From IMG/VR virus record IMGVR_UViG_3300040781_000350: a stretch of DNA of 64,000 bases. One strand, given 5' to 3'. Source of the DNA: a virus (taxonomy: Duplodnaviria > Heunggongvirae > Uroviricota > Caudoviricetes). Positions 54,051 through 63,412 of the stretch are shown piece by piece; position 1 is the stretch's first letter; every line of letters begins with the position of its first letter. The notes under the pieces were generated by a model. That model did not search any database, was not told the origin of the DNA, and saw only the letters and a program-made list of their open reading frames with translations. The position numbers were made by a program, and so were the translations under genes.

Positions 54051-54839
54051 ATGCTTATATCACACGAAAGTCCGCTCTGTATGTTAAACGAATCAAGAAC
54101 ATACAACGATTACGAATATTGTCTAGTACATCTTACCGAACAATATCCTGAATATTACCAGTTCTTTAAAGATAGTCTTGCTGAAGGGAGAGAAGTCCTT
54201 TTAGACAATAGTATTTTTGAATTAGGTGAGTCATTTGACCCTGTTAAGTATGCTGAAGTTATTAATGAACTTAAGCCAACATTTTATATTGTACCAGATG
54301 TTCTCGAAAAAGGATATGAATCGATGATCAGTTTTGATAAGTTCATGAAAGCAAATCCTGAACTACCTGGTTTGAGTATTGGTGTTGTTCAAGGAAAGAC
54401 ATACGATGAATTAGTAGACTGCTATAAATACATGTCAGAAAATGCTGACTACATTGCAATTAGTTTCGACTATTCATACTACGTTGCTAGTGGAATCGGT
54501 AAGACAAAGCTTGAACGTTGGTGTAATGGTCGGGTAAAGTTTATTAACGATTTGATTAAAGACGGTGTTTGGAATTACCGTAAACCAACTCATCTACTTG
54601 GATGTAGCTTAGCTAAGGAATTTGCACAATATGATCATATTAAAAATATCAGATCTGTTGATACATCTAACCCTGTTGTTGCTGGTATTCATGGTTTACG
54701 ATATGTGCATGGAATCGGATTACAAGAAAAACCAAGTATTAAACTTGCTGACTTGATTGAACATGAAGTGTCGGATACAGAATTGGAACACATCTATCAT
54801 AACACTAAAGAATTCAGAAATATAGCAAATGGTTATTAG
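54051..54839 (+). CDS. tRNA-guanine transglycosylase-like TIM barrel (DpdA/TGT-like)
   Basis: LLDNS, VPDVL, VVQGKT, HLLG, VDTS motifs; adjacent to queF; ATG 54051. Confidence 0.6.
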   Translation: MLISHESPLCMLNESRTYNDYEYCLVHLTEQYPEYYQFFKDSLAEGREVLLDNSIFELGESFDPVKYAEVINELKPTFYIVPDVLEKGYESMISFDKFMKANPELPGLSIGVVQGKTYDELVDCYKYMSENADYIAISFDYSYYVASGIGKTKLERWCNGRVKFINDLIKDGVWNYRKPTHLLGCSLAKEFAQYDHIKNIRSVDTSNPVVAGIHGLRYVHGIGLQEKPSIKLADLIEHEVSDTELEHIYHNTKEFRNIANGY

Positions 54840-55404
54840 TTTTACGGGCGCACAATCGACAGGGAAATCTACATTGTTAAATGCAATGCAGGGTGATGAA
54901 AAGTATAAAGACTGGGTCTTTGTACCTGAAATAACTCGTCAGATAAAGGATAAATATGGTGTTGATATCAATGAGCAAGGTAATGTTGAAACACAAATAC
55001 TGATACTTAACGAACATATCAATAACTGGTATAACACTGTTGGTTCTGAAAAGAACGTTGTGATGGATAGATGCATCTTAGATGGACTCGTTTATACAAC
55101 ATATATGCATCTAAGCAGAAAACGTAATCGAACAAAAGAGTTCAGAACTCTTGTTTCATACGCAGAACTACTTGTTAACACATATGCATCCAATGTTGAT
55201 GTAATATTTTATACCGAACCTGATATACCATTAGTTGATGATGGTGTCAGGTCTGTTAATAAGAGCTTTAGACGTCGTATAATTAAAATGTTCGAAGAAG
55301 CATTTGATCATTTCGAGCTTGAAAATGTAGTAAGGCTCAAAGGTTCAGTTGATGAACGAATGGAAACAATAAATAACACAATAACAAAATTACAAAATGG
55401 ATAA
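54829..55404 (+). CDS. P-loop nucleotide kinase (AAA_28-like)
   Basis: GAQSTGKST, DRCILDG. Confidence 0.78.
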   Translation: MVISFTGAQSTGKSTLLNAMQGDEKYKDWVFVPEITRQIKDKYGVDINEQGNVETQILILNEHINNWYNTVGSEKNVVMDRCILDGLVYTTYMHLSRKRNRTKEFRTLVSYAELLVNTYASNVDVIFYTEPDIPLVDDGVRSVNKSFRRRIIKMFEEAFDHFELENVVRLKGSVDERMETINNTITKLQNG

Positions 55405-56305
55405 CTCAAACATATCAGTTCACCTCGGACAAACATCGCAGTATAAAAGTACATACGATCCAACCTTGCTTGTAAGAGAGCCGAGACAAAATAACCGAAC
55501 ATACCTTGGTATTAAAGATGATGATCTACCTTTTGTGGGTAGTGATACATGGAATGCATATGAGTGTTCATTCCTTCTTGATTCAGGATTACCAGTAACT
55601 GGTGTTCTCAAAATTGTTTATCCTTGTAGCAGCAAATATATTGTTGAGAGTAAGAGTATTAAGTTGTATCTTAACTCATTTAATATGCAGAAAAGCGGTA
55701 AAACCCGGCATACAGCTATATCATCGTTTGAACATAAAGTATCTGTTGATTTGAGCGAATTGCTTGAAACAGATGTTAATGTTAAATTTTTAATGGCAGG
55801 TGAGTGTTGTGAAATGAACGGCCCGACAGACGAGTGGGGATTAGAAACATTTGTTTGTCTTGAAGATATAGTAGGGAACATTCCTGATGTTGATGTTTAT
55901 GAAGAAAGCCCTGACTTGCTCGAGGGTGAAATTCTGGATGAGACTATTGAACAATGGTATCGATCTGAACTACTCAAAAGCAATTGTCGTGTAACGAGTC
56001 AACCAGACTGGGGTGATGTTTTTATCTATTACAAAGGTAAATGCAAGATCGATGAAGAAGCTCTACTACGCTACATCGTATCATTCAGAGATGAGTGCCA
56101 CTTTCATGAAGAGATCTGTGAATGCATCTATCAGAGACTATGGGATACATTCGAACCAGAAGAATTGTCAGTGATGTGTTTATACGCTCGGAGAGGCGGG
56201 ATTGATATCAATCCGATCAGATGCTCTAGTCAGGAAGTGTATGATGAATTTGGTGGTGAACTCAGAGATGTAAATACATCTCATGTAAAGACAGCTAAGC
56301 AATAA
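55397..56305 (+). CDS. queF: NADPH-dependent preQ0 reductase, bimodular type
   Basis: YDPTLL, DTWNAYE, IVESKSIKLYLNSFN, LKSNCRVTSQPDWG, HFHEEICE, YARRGGIDINP. Confidence 0.93.
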   Translation: MDNSNISVHLGQTSQYKSTYDPTLLVREPRQNNRTYLGIKDDDLPFVGSDTWNAYECSFLLDSGLPVTGVLKIVYPCSSKYIVESKSIKLYLNSFNMQKSGKTRHTAISSFEHKVSVDLSELLETDVNVKFLMAGECCEMNGPTDEWGLETFVCLEDIVGNIPDVDVYEESPDLLEGEILDETIEQWYRSELLKSNCRVTSQPDWGDVFIYYKGKCKIDEEALLRYIVSFRDECHFHEEICECIYQRLWDTFEPEELSVMCLYARRGGIDINPIRCSSQEVYDEFGGELRDVNTSHVKTAKQ

Positions 56306-56313
56306 TTACAAAC

Positions 56314-56342
56314 AAAGACCGCTGCTTTTTGTAGCGGTCTTT
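56314..56342 (+). terminator. rho-independent terminator after queF
   Basis: AAAGACCGCTGC/GTAGCGGTCTTT. Confidence 0.8.
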
Positions 56343-56365
56343 TCCTGTCTGAAGTTATAGACAAT

Positions 56366-56395
56366 AAAAGAGGTGACCCTTTCGAGTCACCTCTT
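56366..56395 (-). terminator. rho-independent terminator after the major capsid gene
   Basis: AAGAGGTGAC/GTCACCTCTT with T-tail on the minus strand. Confidence 0.8.
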
Positions 56396-56425
56396 GATTT
56401 TAATTCATTGATTCCGAAACTTGGT

Positions 56426-57922
56426 TTAACCGAAGTACACGCTATCGCTAGCTGGTGTAAACGCTTGACCAAGACCTGCAACAACCACAACGTGGTAGTA
56501 GAGGTTTGCCCCGAAGATATTGTCAACAACTCCATAACGAGTAAGCATACCAACACGTGGTGCAAAATCGTTAGGACCCATTGTACGTTGAACCATCACA
56601 GGGATGTATGGGCAGTAAATGATACCAGTGTCGTAAAACTCTGGACCCTTGTAGCCAAGTAACGCGTATTCTGGAGCACCTGAATTTGAGTTGCTAAGGT
56701 CGTTTCCAACATAGCCACCTTCTGTACGAGTGTCACGGTATACGTTAAAACGACCACCAAGATTACCGATCTTTGCCACACCAACTGGTTGTGTATTAAC
56801 ACTACCTTGTACATTTACCCACTGGAATTCAGGGAGCATTTCTAAGATAGCGCAAACACGTGGAGTAGCAACGATGAAGTTAGCAGCACCACGGCGATTT
56901 CTCACTGCGATACGATTTGCTTCGATGATAAGCTTCTGGTAGAAGTCACGATTACGTTCAACTAACCAACGACCGTCAGCAGATGCCGGACTCCATACAG
57001 AGTATCCATTTCCTGCACCGGCTTCAATAGCAACTTGAATCATACGCATAAGCATTTCACGGTCGATTTCGGCCTGAATTTCGTACGACATAGCGTTTGT
57101 CAATTCAGTATCGATATCGATACCATTCATGTTCATAAGGTCTTGTTCAAGTTCTACCGACCAGCGTGCGCCAAGACGACGTGTACCTGCTTCAACAGCT
57201 GTCTTTTCAAAAGAAACTTCCATTGTAGGAATGTTACCAGTGATTTCAAACTGATTAAGCAATGCAGCAACACCGTTATCGCGTGCGTTCGTAGCACCAA
57301 TGCTTTGACCTTCGATAGTCGCACCAGATAGGTAAGACGATGATGTACCTGTATATCCTGTGTTAAGATATTGGTAACCAGCTTCTTTTTCTGCAGCCGC
57401 TGCGAGAGCAGCTGCTTGACCTGTTGGTGAATTACCAGCAGTAGCACGATTGTTATCGATACCATTACCAAGTGTTTCACCGCTGTAGCGGTAACGTAGA
57501 GCAAATGCAAGACCTACTGGTCCTGCCATCGGTTGAACACCGACGAGTTCGTTAGTTATAAGTTCGGGAAAAGTACGGCGAATCATTGGAATCAAGATCT
57601 TTGGAAGACGTGCATCACCTGCAGCATATTGGTCAGTACCTGGGGTACCACCAACGTTACCTGCGTAACCAAAGTTGTTACCAACTGCACCACCAGATCC
57701 AGCTGTGTTAGCAACACCTGAAGGTGTGTAACCTGGACCGGCTTCTTGAATGCAGTAGGCTTCTTGGTTTTCAAGTAGCATAGCTGTGTTAAGGCGAGTA
57801 TGTGCGTCTTCGATCGGAGCTACATTCTTTGAAGTGTAATCCAATACAGGACCCCACTTCTCAACAAGTAACTTCGCTCTTGATTCATTAATATAAGCTT
57901 GAGTAGGACTAATTCTATTCAT
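56426..57922 (-). CDS. major capsid protein (T4 gp23-like)
   Basis: LLVEKWGPVL, LIPMIRR, VGVQPMAGPVGLAFALR, ELEQDL, YCPYIP, TRYG; start at MNRISP. Confidence 0.95.
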   Translation of the reverse strand: MNRISPTQAYINESRAKLLVEKWGPVLDYTSKNVAPIEDAHTRLNTAMLLENQEAYCIQEAGPGYTPSGVANTAGSGGAVGNNFGYAGNVGGTPGTDQYAAGDARLPKILIPMIRRTFPELITNELVGVQPMAGPVGLAFALRYRYSGETLGNGIDNNRATAGNSPTGQAAALAAAAEKEAGYQYLNTGYTGTSSSYLSGATIEGQSIGATNARDNGVAALLNQFEITGNIPTMEVSFEKTAVEAGTRRLGARWSVELEQDLMNMNGIDIDTELTNAMSYEIQAEIDREMLMRMIQVAIEAGAGNGYSVWSPASADGRWLVERNRDFYQKLIIEANRIAVRNRRGAANFIVATPRVCAILEMLPEFQWVNVQGSVNTQPVGVAKIGNLGGRFNVYRDTRTEGGYVGNDLSNSNSGAPEYALLGYKGPEFYDTGIIYCPYIPVMVQRTMGPNDFAPRVGMLTRYGVVDNIFGANLYYHVVVVAGLGQAFTPASDSVYFG

Positions 57923-58021
57923 AATTTTTCGTTTTTTCCTTTTATTCGACCCCAAAGAGTTAGTGTATAACTCTAGGTAACTCAGGATAACCTAAATATT
58001 TCTTCTTGCGAAAATTGGTTA

Positions 58022-58912
58022 TTAGTACTTAGATAGTTCTGATAGATAACTTGCTGGCACTGTATTTTCAGAAACTAACTCTTGCTTAGCAGGTTGTTTC
58101 TTCTCAGTGATCACACGATCTACCTTTTCCTTAGTACTGAAAGCTTCTGTTTTGAGCTCCTCAAGTCTGTCCACTTCTTTTTTCTTAAAGAGCTTTACAG
58201 TATAGTCGAAGTTTTCTGTGATAAAGTTATAATCCTTATCTGCGAATGCCTTCTTCACATATGTTTTCGCTCTTTCATCAAGTTTGGCAACTCTCTCTTC
58301 CAAGAATAATCTCTTTTTAAGATCATCATTCTCTTTCAATATTTGCGCATTCTTTTTGCGAACAGACTCAAGCTCATTTGAAGCTTCACTTATTTGTTTT
58401 TGACCATCTTTTACAGCTTCTTTAATAGCTTCTTTTTCAAGAGCACTATCAACTGCAAGGTGATGTCTAAGACCTTCTAAAATTTTAGCTGCTTTCTTAT
58501 TCTTCACAGCTTCTTGAATATCAGCTGATGGAATTTTATTTTCGATATAAACATCGATAAATTCAGAAATTGATTCAACAAGATCGCCTTTGAAAAGCTT
58601 TGCATCTTCGTTGATTGCTTTTTCGTAACGAGAAACAACAAGTTTAAGTTTTGCTGTTCTATCTTTGTCGATAGCTTCAACAACATTCTTAAGTTTCTTA
58701 CTATGATCAGTATCAATAGCTTCAATAACTTGCTTTAACTTCTTTGTATAAAGTTCGTCTTGTTCGTTAAGAGCTTTTTCGACATGAATTTGAACACGAT
58801 CTTTTACACGATCTTCAAATGCTTCTTCGATTTGGTTAAGTACATTTTCATCGAGAGCACCGTCTGTTGCTTCGCTTAAAGTCTTTTTGATATCTTGTTT
58901 TTTGTTACCCAT
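58022..58912 (-). CDS. prohead core scaffold (T4 gp22-like)
   Basis: coiled-coil acidic protein immediately upstream of gp23. Confidence 0.75.
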   Translation of the reverse strand: MGNKKQDIKKTLSEATDGALDENVLNQIEEAFEDRVKDRVQIHVEKALNEQDELYTKKLKQVIEAIDTDHSKKLKNVVEAIDKDRTAKLKLVVSRYEKAINEDAKLFKGDLVESISEFIDVYIENKIPSADIQEAVKNKKAAKILEGLRHHLAVDSALEKEAIKEAVKDGQKQISEASNELESVRKKNAQILKENDDLKKRLFLEERVAKLDERAKTYVKKAFADKDYNFITENFDYTVKLFKKKEVDRLEELKTEAFSTKEKVDRVITEKKQPAKQELVSENTVPASYLSELSKY

Positions 58913-58914
58913 GA

Positions 58915-59064
58915 TTAAAATAATTTACGTTTATTATTACTTATGATCTGACGAGCTATTTTCCTATCAACAACCGTTTTTAAATTTTTGCTTGCAGCTT
59001 GATAGTTTTTCTCGTTCACGTTTTTAATGAACTCAATAATCTGCTTTTGTTGTGTCGTTGCCAT
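58915..59064 (-). CDS. small prohead-region protein (49 aa), absent from the ORF track
   Basis: MATTQQKQIIEFIKNVNEKNYQAASKNLK... between gp21 and gp22. Confidence 0.6.
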   Translation of the reverse strand: MATTQQKQIIEFIKNVNEKNYQAASKNLKTVVDRKIARQIISNNKRKLF

Positions 59065-59108
59065 TTTTAATTATTTATAGTATGTTATTGTTTTTTCTGA
59101 TAAAAATA

Positions 59109-59777
59109 TTAAAGTGTTTTCAAAAACTGAATAATATTTTCTGTTAAATACTCTTTTGTGTGCTTTTTCGGTAGTGTAATTAAACCATTCTCAAATTTAT
59201 CATATGCTTCTTCAAATTGACCATATTTGTTTAGAACGTATTGCTTTGATTCAAGAATACCATTAACGAATGCATTTGAAAAGGATGGATCAGCTACACA
59301 ATCGATTGCTACAAGTTTAAAATCCTTTACACGGTTGATACCTTCTTGACCAGATTCTGGAATAAGTTGCCCAAGTGCTCTTGAACTCATACCAACACGA
59401 ACACCATCATTAATAAGCGATCTAACAACGAGACCTTTTGGTGTTGAGAGAACTTTACTCTTACCAATGAAAACATTACCTTCTTGTGTAAGCTCTGTTA
59501 CAACGTGACATGCTCTTTCAAGATCAACTTCTGCTGATGTTGGGTGGTTCAGTTCCCCACAAGCGCGACCAGTCATAACCATCTCCTTATTATAACGAGC
59601 AATTTCAGTTACCATCTCGTTAAGTGTATAGATTCTGTTATTCTTATTAACACCTTCAGCCATCATGTATGGACCTTTGATGAAAAAGTTTCTTTCGTCT
59701 TTACCGTTTTTATCTTCAACGATATACTCGAATTCTTGTTCAGGAGCGGATTTTTCTACTATAAGATGATGACTCAT
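59109..59777 (-). CDS. prohead protease (T4 gp21-like)
   Basis: NKNNRIY, GELNHP, STPKG, GMSSRALG, DCVADPS. Confidence 0.92.
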   Translation of the reverse strand: MSHHLIVEKSAPEQEFEYIVEDKNGKDERNFFIKGPYMMAEGVNKNNRIYTLNEMVTEIARYNKEMVMTGRACGELNHPTSAEVDLERACHVVTELTQEGNVFIGKSKVLSTPKGLVVRSLINDGVRVGMSSRALGQLIPESGQEGINRVKDFKLVAIDCVADPSFSNAFVNGILESKQYVLNKYGQFEEAYDKFENGLITLPKKHTKEYLTENIIQFLKTL

Positions 59778-59799
59778 TACAATTATTTATCGTTCCCTT

Positions 59800-60255
59800 T
59801 CAAATATTTAACTCTTTTTCTGTAAGAACTACAAATTTAAACCCATTTCTCTTACACCATTCATCAGCATACTTCCATTTAGCTTGGTTTCTCAACCATT
59901 CAGACTGTTCATATATAATAGTGCTTTTCTTTTTACGTTTACTTGGTGTTGGTGGTTTGGTCTGGCTACTTGGTTTGATTTCAACTAAAAATTTGACGAG
60001 TTTCCCTTGCTTATCTTCAAATAGAATATACCCATCAACATAGTACTTGTGCATTTTGTTGTCTAAAGGACTTATATACGGTATAATAAAGCACTCGTTA
60101 TTCCATTGTTTAACAAATGGGTTATGATCACACCATCTGAAAAATTTTAACTCAAAACTTGATCTATAAAACGGTGTATTTTCCCCATTATATTTTTTAC
60201 CATTTTTTGGTATGTACGGACCTTGTTTATACTTTTTCTTATGTTTATAGTTCAT
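59800..60255 (-). CDS. head completion nuclease (T4 gp4, TnsA-like)
   Basis: YRSSFELKFFRWCD, PYISPLD..HKYYVD, VEIKP, NQAKW, LTEKEL. Confidence 0.9.
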   Translation of the reverse strand: MNYKHKKKYKQGPYIPKNGKKYNGENTPFYRSSFELKFFRWCDHNPFVKQWNNECFIIPYISPLDNKMHKYYVDGYILFEDKQGKLVKFLVEIKPSSQTKPPTPSKRKKKSTIIYEQSEWLRNQAKWKYADEWCKRNGFKFVVLTEKELNI

Positions 60256-60283
60256 CTTTAATGTTATTTAGATAAATACTTAG

Positions 60284-61021
60284 ATGCAGTCGTTTAGTAA
60301 ATTTTATGAGAACTATTTTCAATACAGTGAAGAATTGAACCCGAAGGTATGGGACGGGTTCACAATTAAACCAAACATTAGAGAAAAGCTTATTGTAATA
60401 GCAAAAGATTTTTATGATTCTCTGGAGCTAGATGCAAAATTTACCGACATACAATTGACCGGTTCATTATCAAATTTTAATTATACACAATATTCTGATT
60501 TCGATTTACATATACTTCTTGATTTTAAAGATATAAATGATGATGAAGGTCTGGTTAAACAAGCATTAGATGGTAAGCGTTTTATATGGAATAGTAGACA
60601 TAACATAATGATTCAAGGGTATGAAGTTGAAGTTTATTTACAGGACAACAGCGAGCCGCATATTGCTTCAGGTCTTTACTCATTGTTAAATGATAAATGG
60701 TTAGTTAAACCAACATATGACCCTCCTCATGTTGATGAACGAGATGTAAGTAAAAAAGCTCGTGAGTATGAGAAACTTATTGATCAACTCGTTAGTAAAG
60801 TTGAAAGCGCACCTCTTGGTGATCCTATAAATGAAGAATACTATGAATATGGTAAACGTATAAAAGATCGTATTCAAAAGATGAGAAAGAGTGGTCTTGC
60901 TACAGGTGGTGAGTTTAGCGTAGAAAATCTCGCATTTAAACAGCTTCGTAATAGCAAATCTATCCAAGATCTTATCGATGCAACAAATACAGCATACGAT
61001 AAAATATATAGCGAAGGTTAG
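60284..61021 (+). CDS. Pol-beta superfamily nucleotidyltransferase
   Basis: LTGSLSNFNY..SDFDLH signature and VEVYLQ. Confidence 0.7.
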   Translation: MQSFSKFYENYFQYSEELNPKVWDGFTIKPNIREKLIVIAKDFYDSLELDAKFTDIQLTGSLSNFNYTQYSDFDLHILLDFKDINDDEGLVKQALDGKRFIWNSRHNIMIQGYEVEVYLQDNSEPHIASGLYSLLNDKWLVKPTYDPPHVDERDVSKKAREYEKLIDQLVSKVESAPLGDPINEEYYEYGKRIKDRIQKMRKSGLATGGEFSVENLAFKQLRNSKSIQDLIDATNTAYDKIYSEG

Positions 61022-62037
61022 TTCGAAATTTTGTTAATGAAGTCTGTGTAATCTTTATCTATTATAACGATGTAGTCATATTGTGATTTTTTTGCAGCAT
61101 CGAATTTTTCTGCTCGAGTGCGCTTGAAAGTGTATAACGATTTTATTTCAACCTGTAAATTAAATTTCGGGATGAAAAAATCAGGATAATAAAATCTTTC
61201 TTTATTATCTGCAATATACTGTATTCTCGGAGCATCATACTCTATTTCAGTTTCATTTAAAATGTTATTATAAAAAATGAAATCTAAAAAATGATCTTCA
61301 TATCCTTGAACAAATATGATCTTACCGCTCGGTAGAGTGTATTTTTTCGATCTATAACTGCGGTTCAACTTATTACGGAGATTTGTCTCATCTTTATTTC
61401 TCATCTGTATTGAAAGTCTCTTACTACGAATCGTAACACCATTATCGGTGAGTGTTTTTCTTATATAGTACACACTTACATCATATTTTACTTTAAGTTC
61501 ACCAATAGATAAACCATTATTGTAATCACATATAATGATATCCTTTTTTGCTTTACTTTTTACTAACGATTGTTTCCGTTTTTTCTGTAATATGATTCCG
61601 TGTAATTTTAAAACTGATCTTACACCAGATGTTGGTATATCGTAAACTTTTGCAACATCAGCTATTACAGATCGTTGATTATAAATCGATAACGCAGCTT
61701 CATATTCGGTATACAATTTATAGTATTTTTCATTTTTAATAATGCTTCTATTCAGATTTTGGACTGGGATACCACGCTCATCTAATAACTTCATGAAATA
61801 TGATTTTGAAAATCCATATTTATTTAAAGTTGCTGACAGAATAGGGTAGTCTTGATAATACTGAATAGCTTCCTCAATTAAATGATCGCGTTTTTTATTA
61901 CCATAAACAGGAATACCGTGGTTATGCATGATTTTCAAAACTGTTGCCTCAGCTATACTAAAATCATTAGCCACACTTAATGCACATTTTCGAATCTTAT
62001 ATGCGTCTATTATATCACTTTCTGTTTGTCTATTCAT
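61018..62037 (-). mobile_element. endonuclease with tandem HTH repeats and C-terminal PD-(D/E)XK domain
   Basis: repeated Y..G.S...(V/L)...Y.V...I...L...GI units; QGYE, YYPDFFIP..NLQVEIKS. Confidence 0.7.
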
Positions 62038-62083
62038 TATAGTTATTTATTTAAACAACTACAAAAAACAACGTCGTGAAGCA

Positions 62084-63328
62084 TCAACCTAACATAGTGT
62101 TCAATGCACCGCTTGTATAAATATTGTGTATAATATTATATATTGGTATTAATGCTGCTGCCCAAGCTCCCACAAAAAAGACAGGTGGAGCTGCGTCCCC
62201 ATACCCGCCTTCTTGGATATTCTGTTCTAGCGCTTTCTTCTCGTCAAGACCTTGTGTCATTAGATCGGTAGAGTTTAACGTTCCACCACCAAACAATGTG
62301 ATGTTACCATACTTGCCTCGTACGCTTGCTACAGTCATCTTCGTTAAAGCAAGTGCATAGTTATACACCCATTGCTCTTTTATAACATCTCTGATAGGTC
62401 TTTCAACATAACAGCTTATAACTCCGTAGAATCTACTTGCAGATGTACCACTGTTTCGTGGTTGCGGATACATTCTAAGCAATTGTGTTCTTGGATCGAA
62501 CGTATAGCTACGATTAATTGCAAGCATTTTCTCACGAGTTTCCATCCACTCTTTCATTGTATACCAACTTACTAAGTCGAAACCGTAATTACCCATTGAA
62601 TAACTGAAGTATGTTTGCTGTGCTAATGTTTGTTCAATAGTAAAGAGAGTGTTAATACCATTTGATGAACCTTCTTCAAAGTTAATTACATCGATTACCT
62701 TTCTATAATCCATCAAGTCGTAATCAAATGAATTCATGAATCTGTTTCGGTTACCTTCCTTTGTACCTTTAATAGTAAACCCTTTTGGTGTTTGAGCTAC
62801 AAAGTATTGAGCTAATGCTGAATTAGATTCAACAACTGTGTTGTAAATTTCGGTCAGTAAAAGCTGATACTCAAATACACCATCTGAAAGTGGTGATGAT
62901 AATGATGAGACACTTGTAAAATAAGAACCAGGTATTGCACTTGTACATACATACGTTGTATCTAATGATATCGTATCAGGTTCATCAGCATATGTAGAAA
63001 AATCTTTACTCTCTGTTTTAAATTGAACTTGTTCTGTAAATGTATCGCTATTTTGAAGAGTGAAAAGATGGTCTAATCTCACACCTTTATTCTTTTCATA
63101 TAAATCACTATCAAATACCAGATATTCTTGTGTGTATCCAGCATACTTTGTGAACCATTCGACAGCAATACTAATATTTTCGTATAGAGAATCCCGATGA
63201 ATTTCAATGTTTATGAACGGGTAGCCTAATGATCTAAGTATGCGTTCAGCCAGATCGTTATATGATTCGATTTTGTTGTTTAAATTGGTTGACTGAAAAG
63301 CTGATACCGGTTGTATTTCACATGCCAT
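62084..63328 (-). CDS. neck protein (T4 gp13-like)
   Basis: ILRSLGYPFINIE, WVYNYALAL, GKYGNITLFGGGTLN, PPVFFVG. Confidence 0.85.
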   Translation of the reverse strand: MACEIQPVSAFQSTNLNNKIESYNDLAERILRSLGYPFINIEIHRDSLYENISIAVEWFTKYAGYTQEYLVFDSDLYEKNKGVRLDHLFTLQNSDTFTEQVQFKTESKDFSTYADEPDTISLDTTYVCTSAIPGSYFTSVSSLSSPLSDGVFEYQLLLTEIYNTVVESNSALAQYFVAQTPKGFTIKGTKEGNRNRFMNSFDYDLMDYRKVIDVINFEEGSSNGINTLFTIEQTLAQQTYFSYSMGNYGFDLVSWYTMKEWMETREKMLAINRSYTFDPRTQLLRMYPQPRNSGTSASRFYGVISCYVERPIRDVIKEQWVYNYALALTKMTVASVRGKYGNITLFGGGTLNSTDLMTQGLDEKKALEQNIQEGGYGDAAPPVFFVGAWAAALIPIYNIIHNIYTSGALNTMLG

Positions 63329-63412
63329 TAAAATATTTAATCAAACAAAAATATTGTTATATAGGTCTAAAAAATATACTAAACACATTACTTGTTTTTA
63401 TAAGTATTGACA

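Noticed and set aside
51799-57721. Antisense ORFs over gp5 and gp23
   Set aside because: Shadow frames of well-supported genes with no independent motifs.
62084-62180. Intein or read-through at the hydrophobic C-terminal extension of gp13
   Set aside because: No Hint motifs and no internal stop; just a ~27 aa tail.
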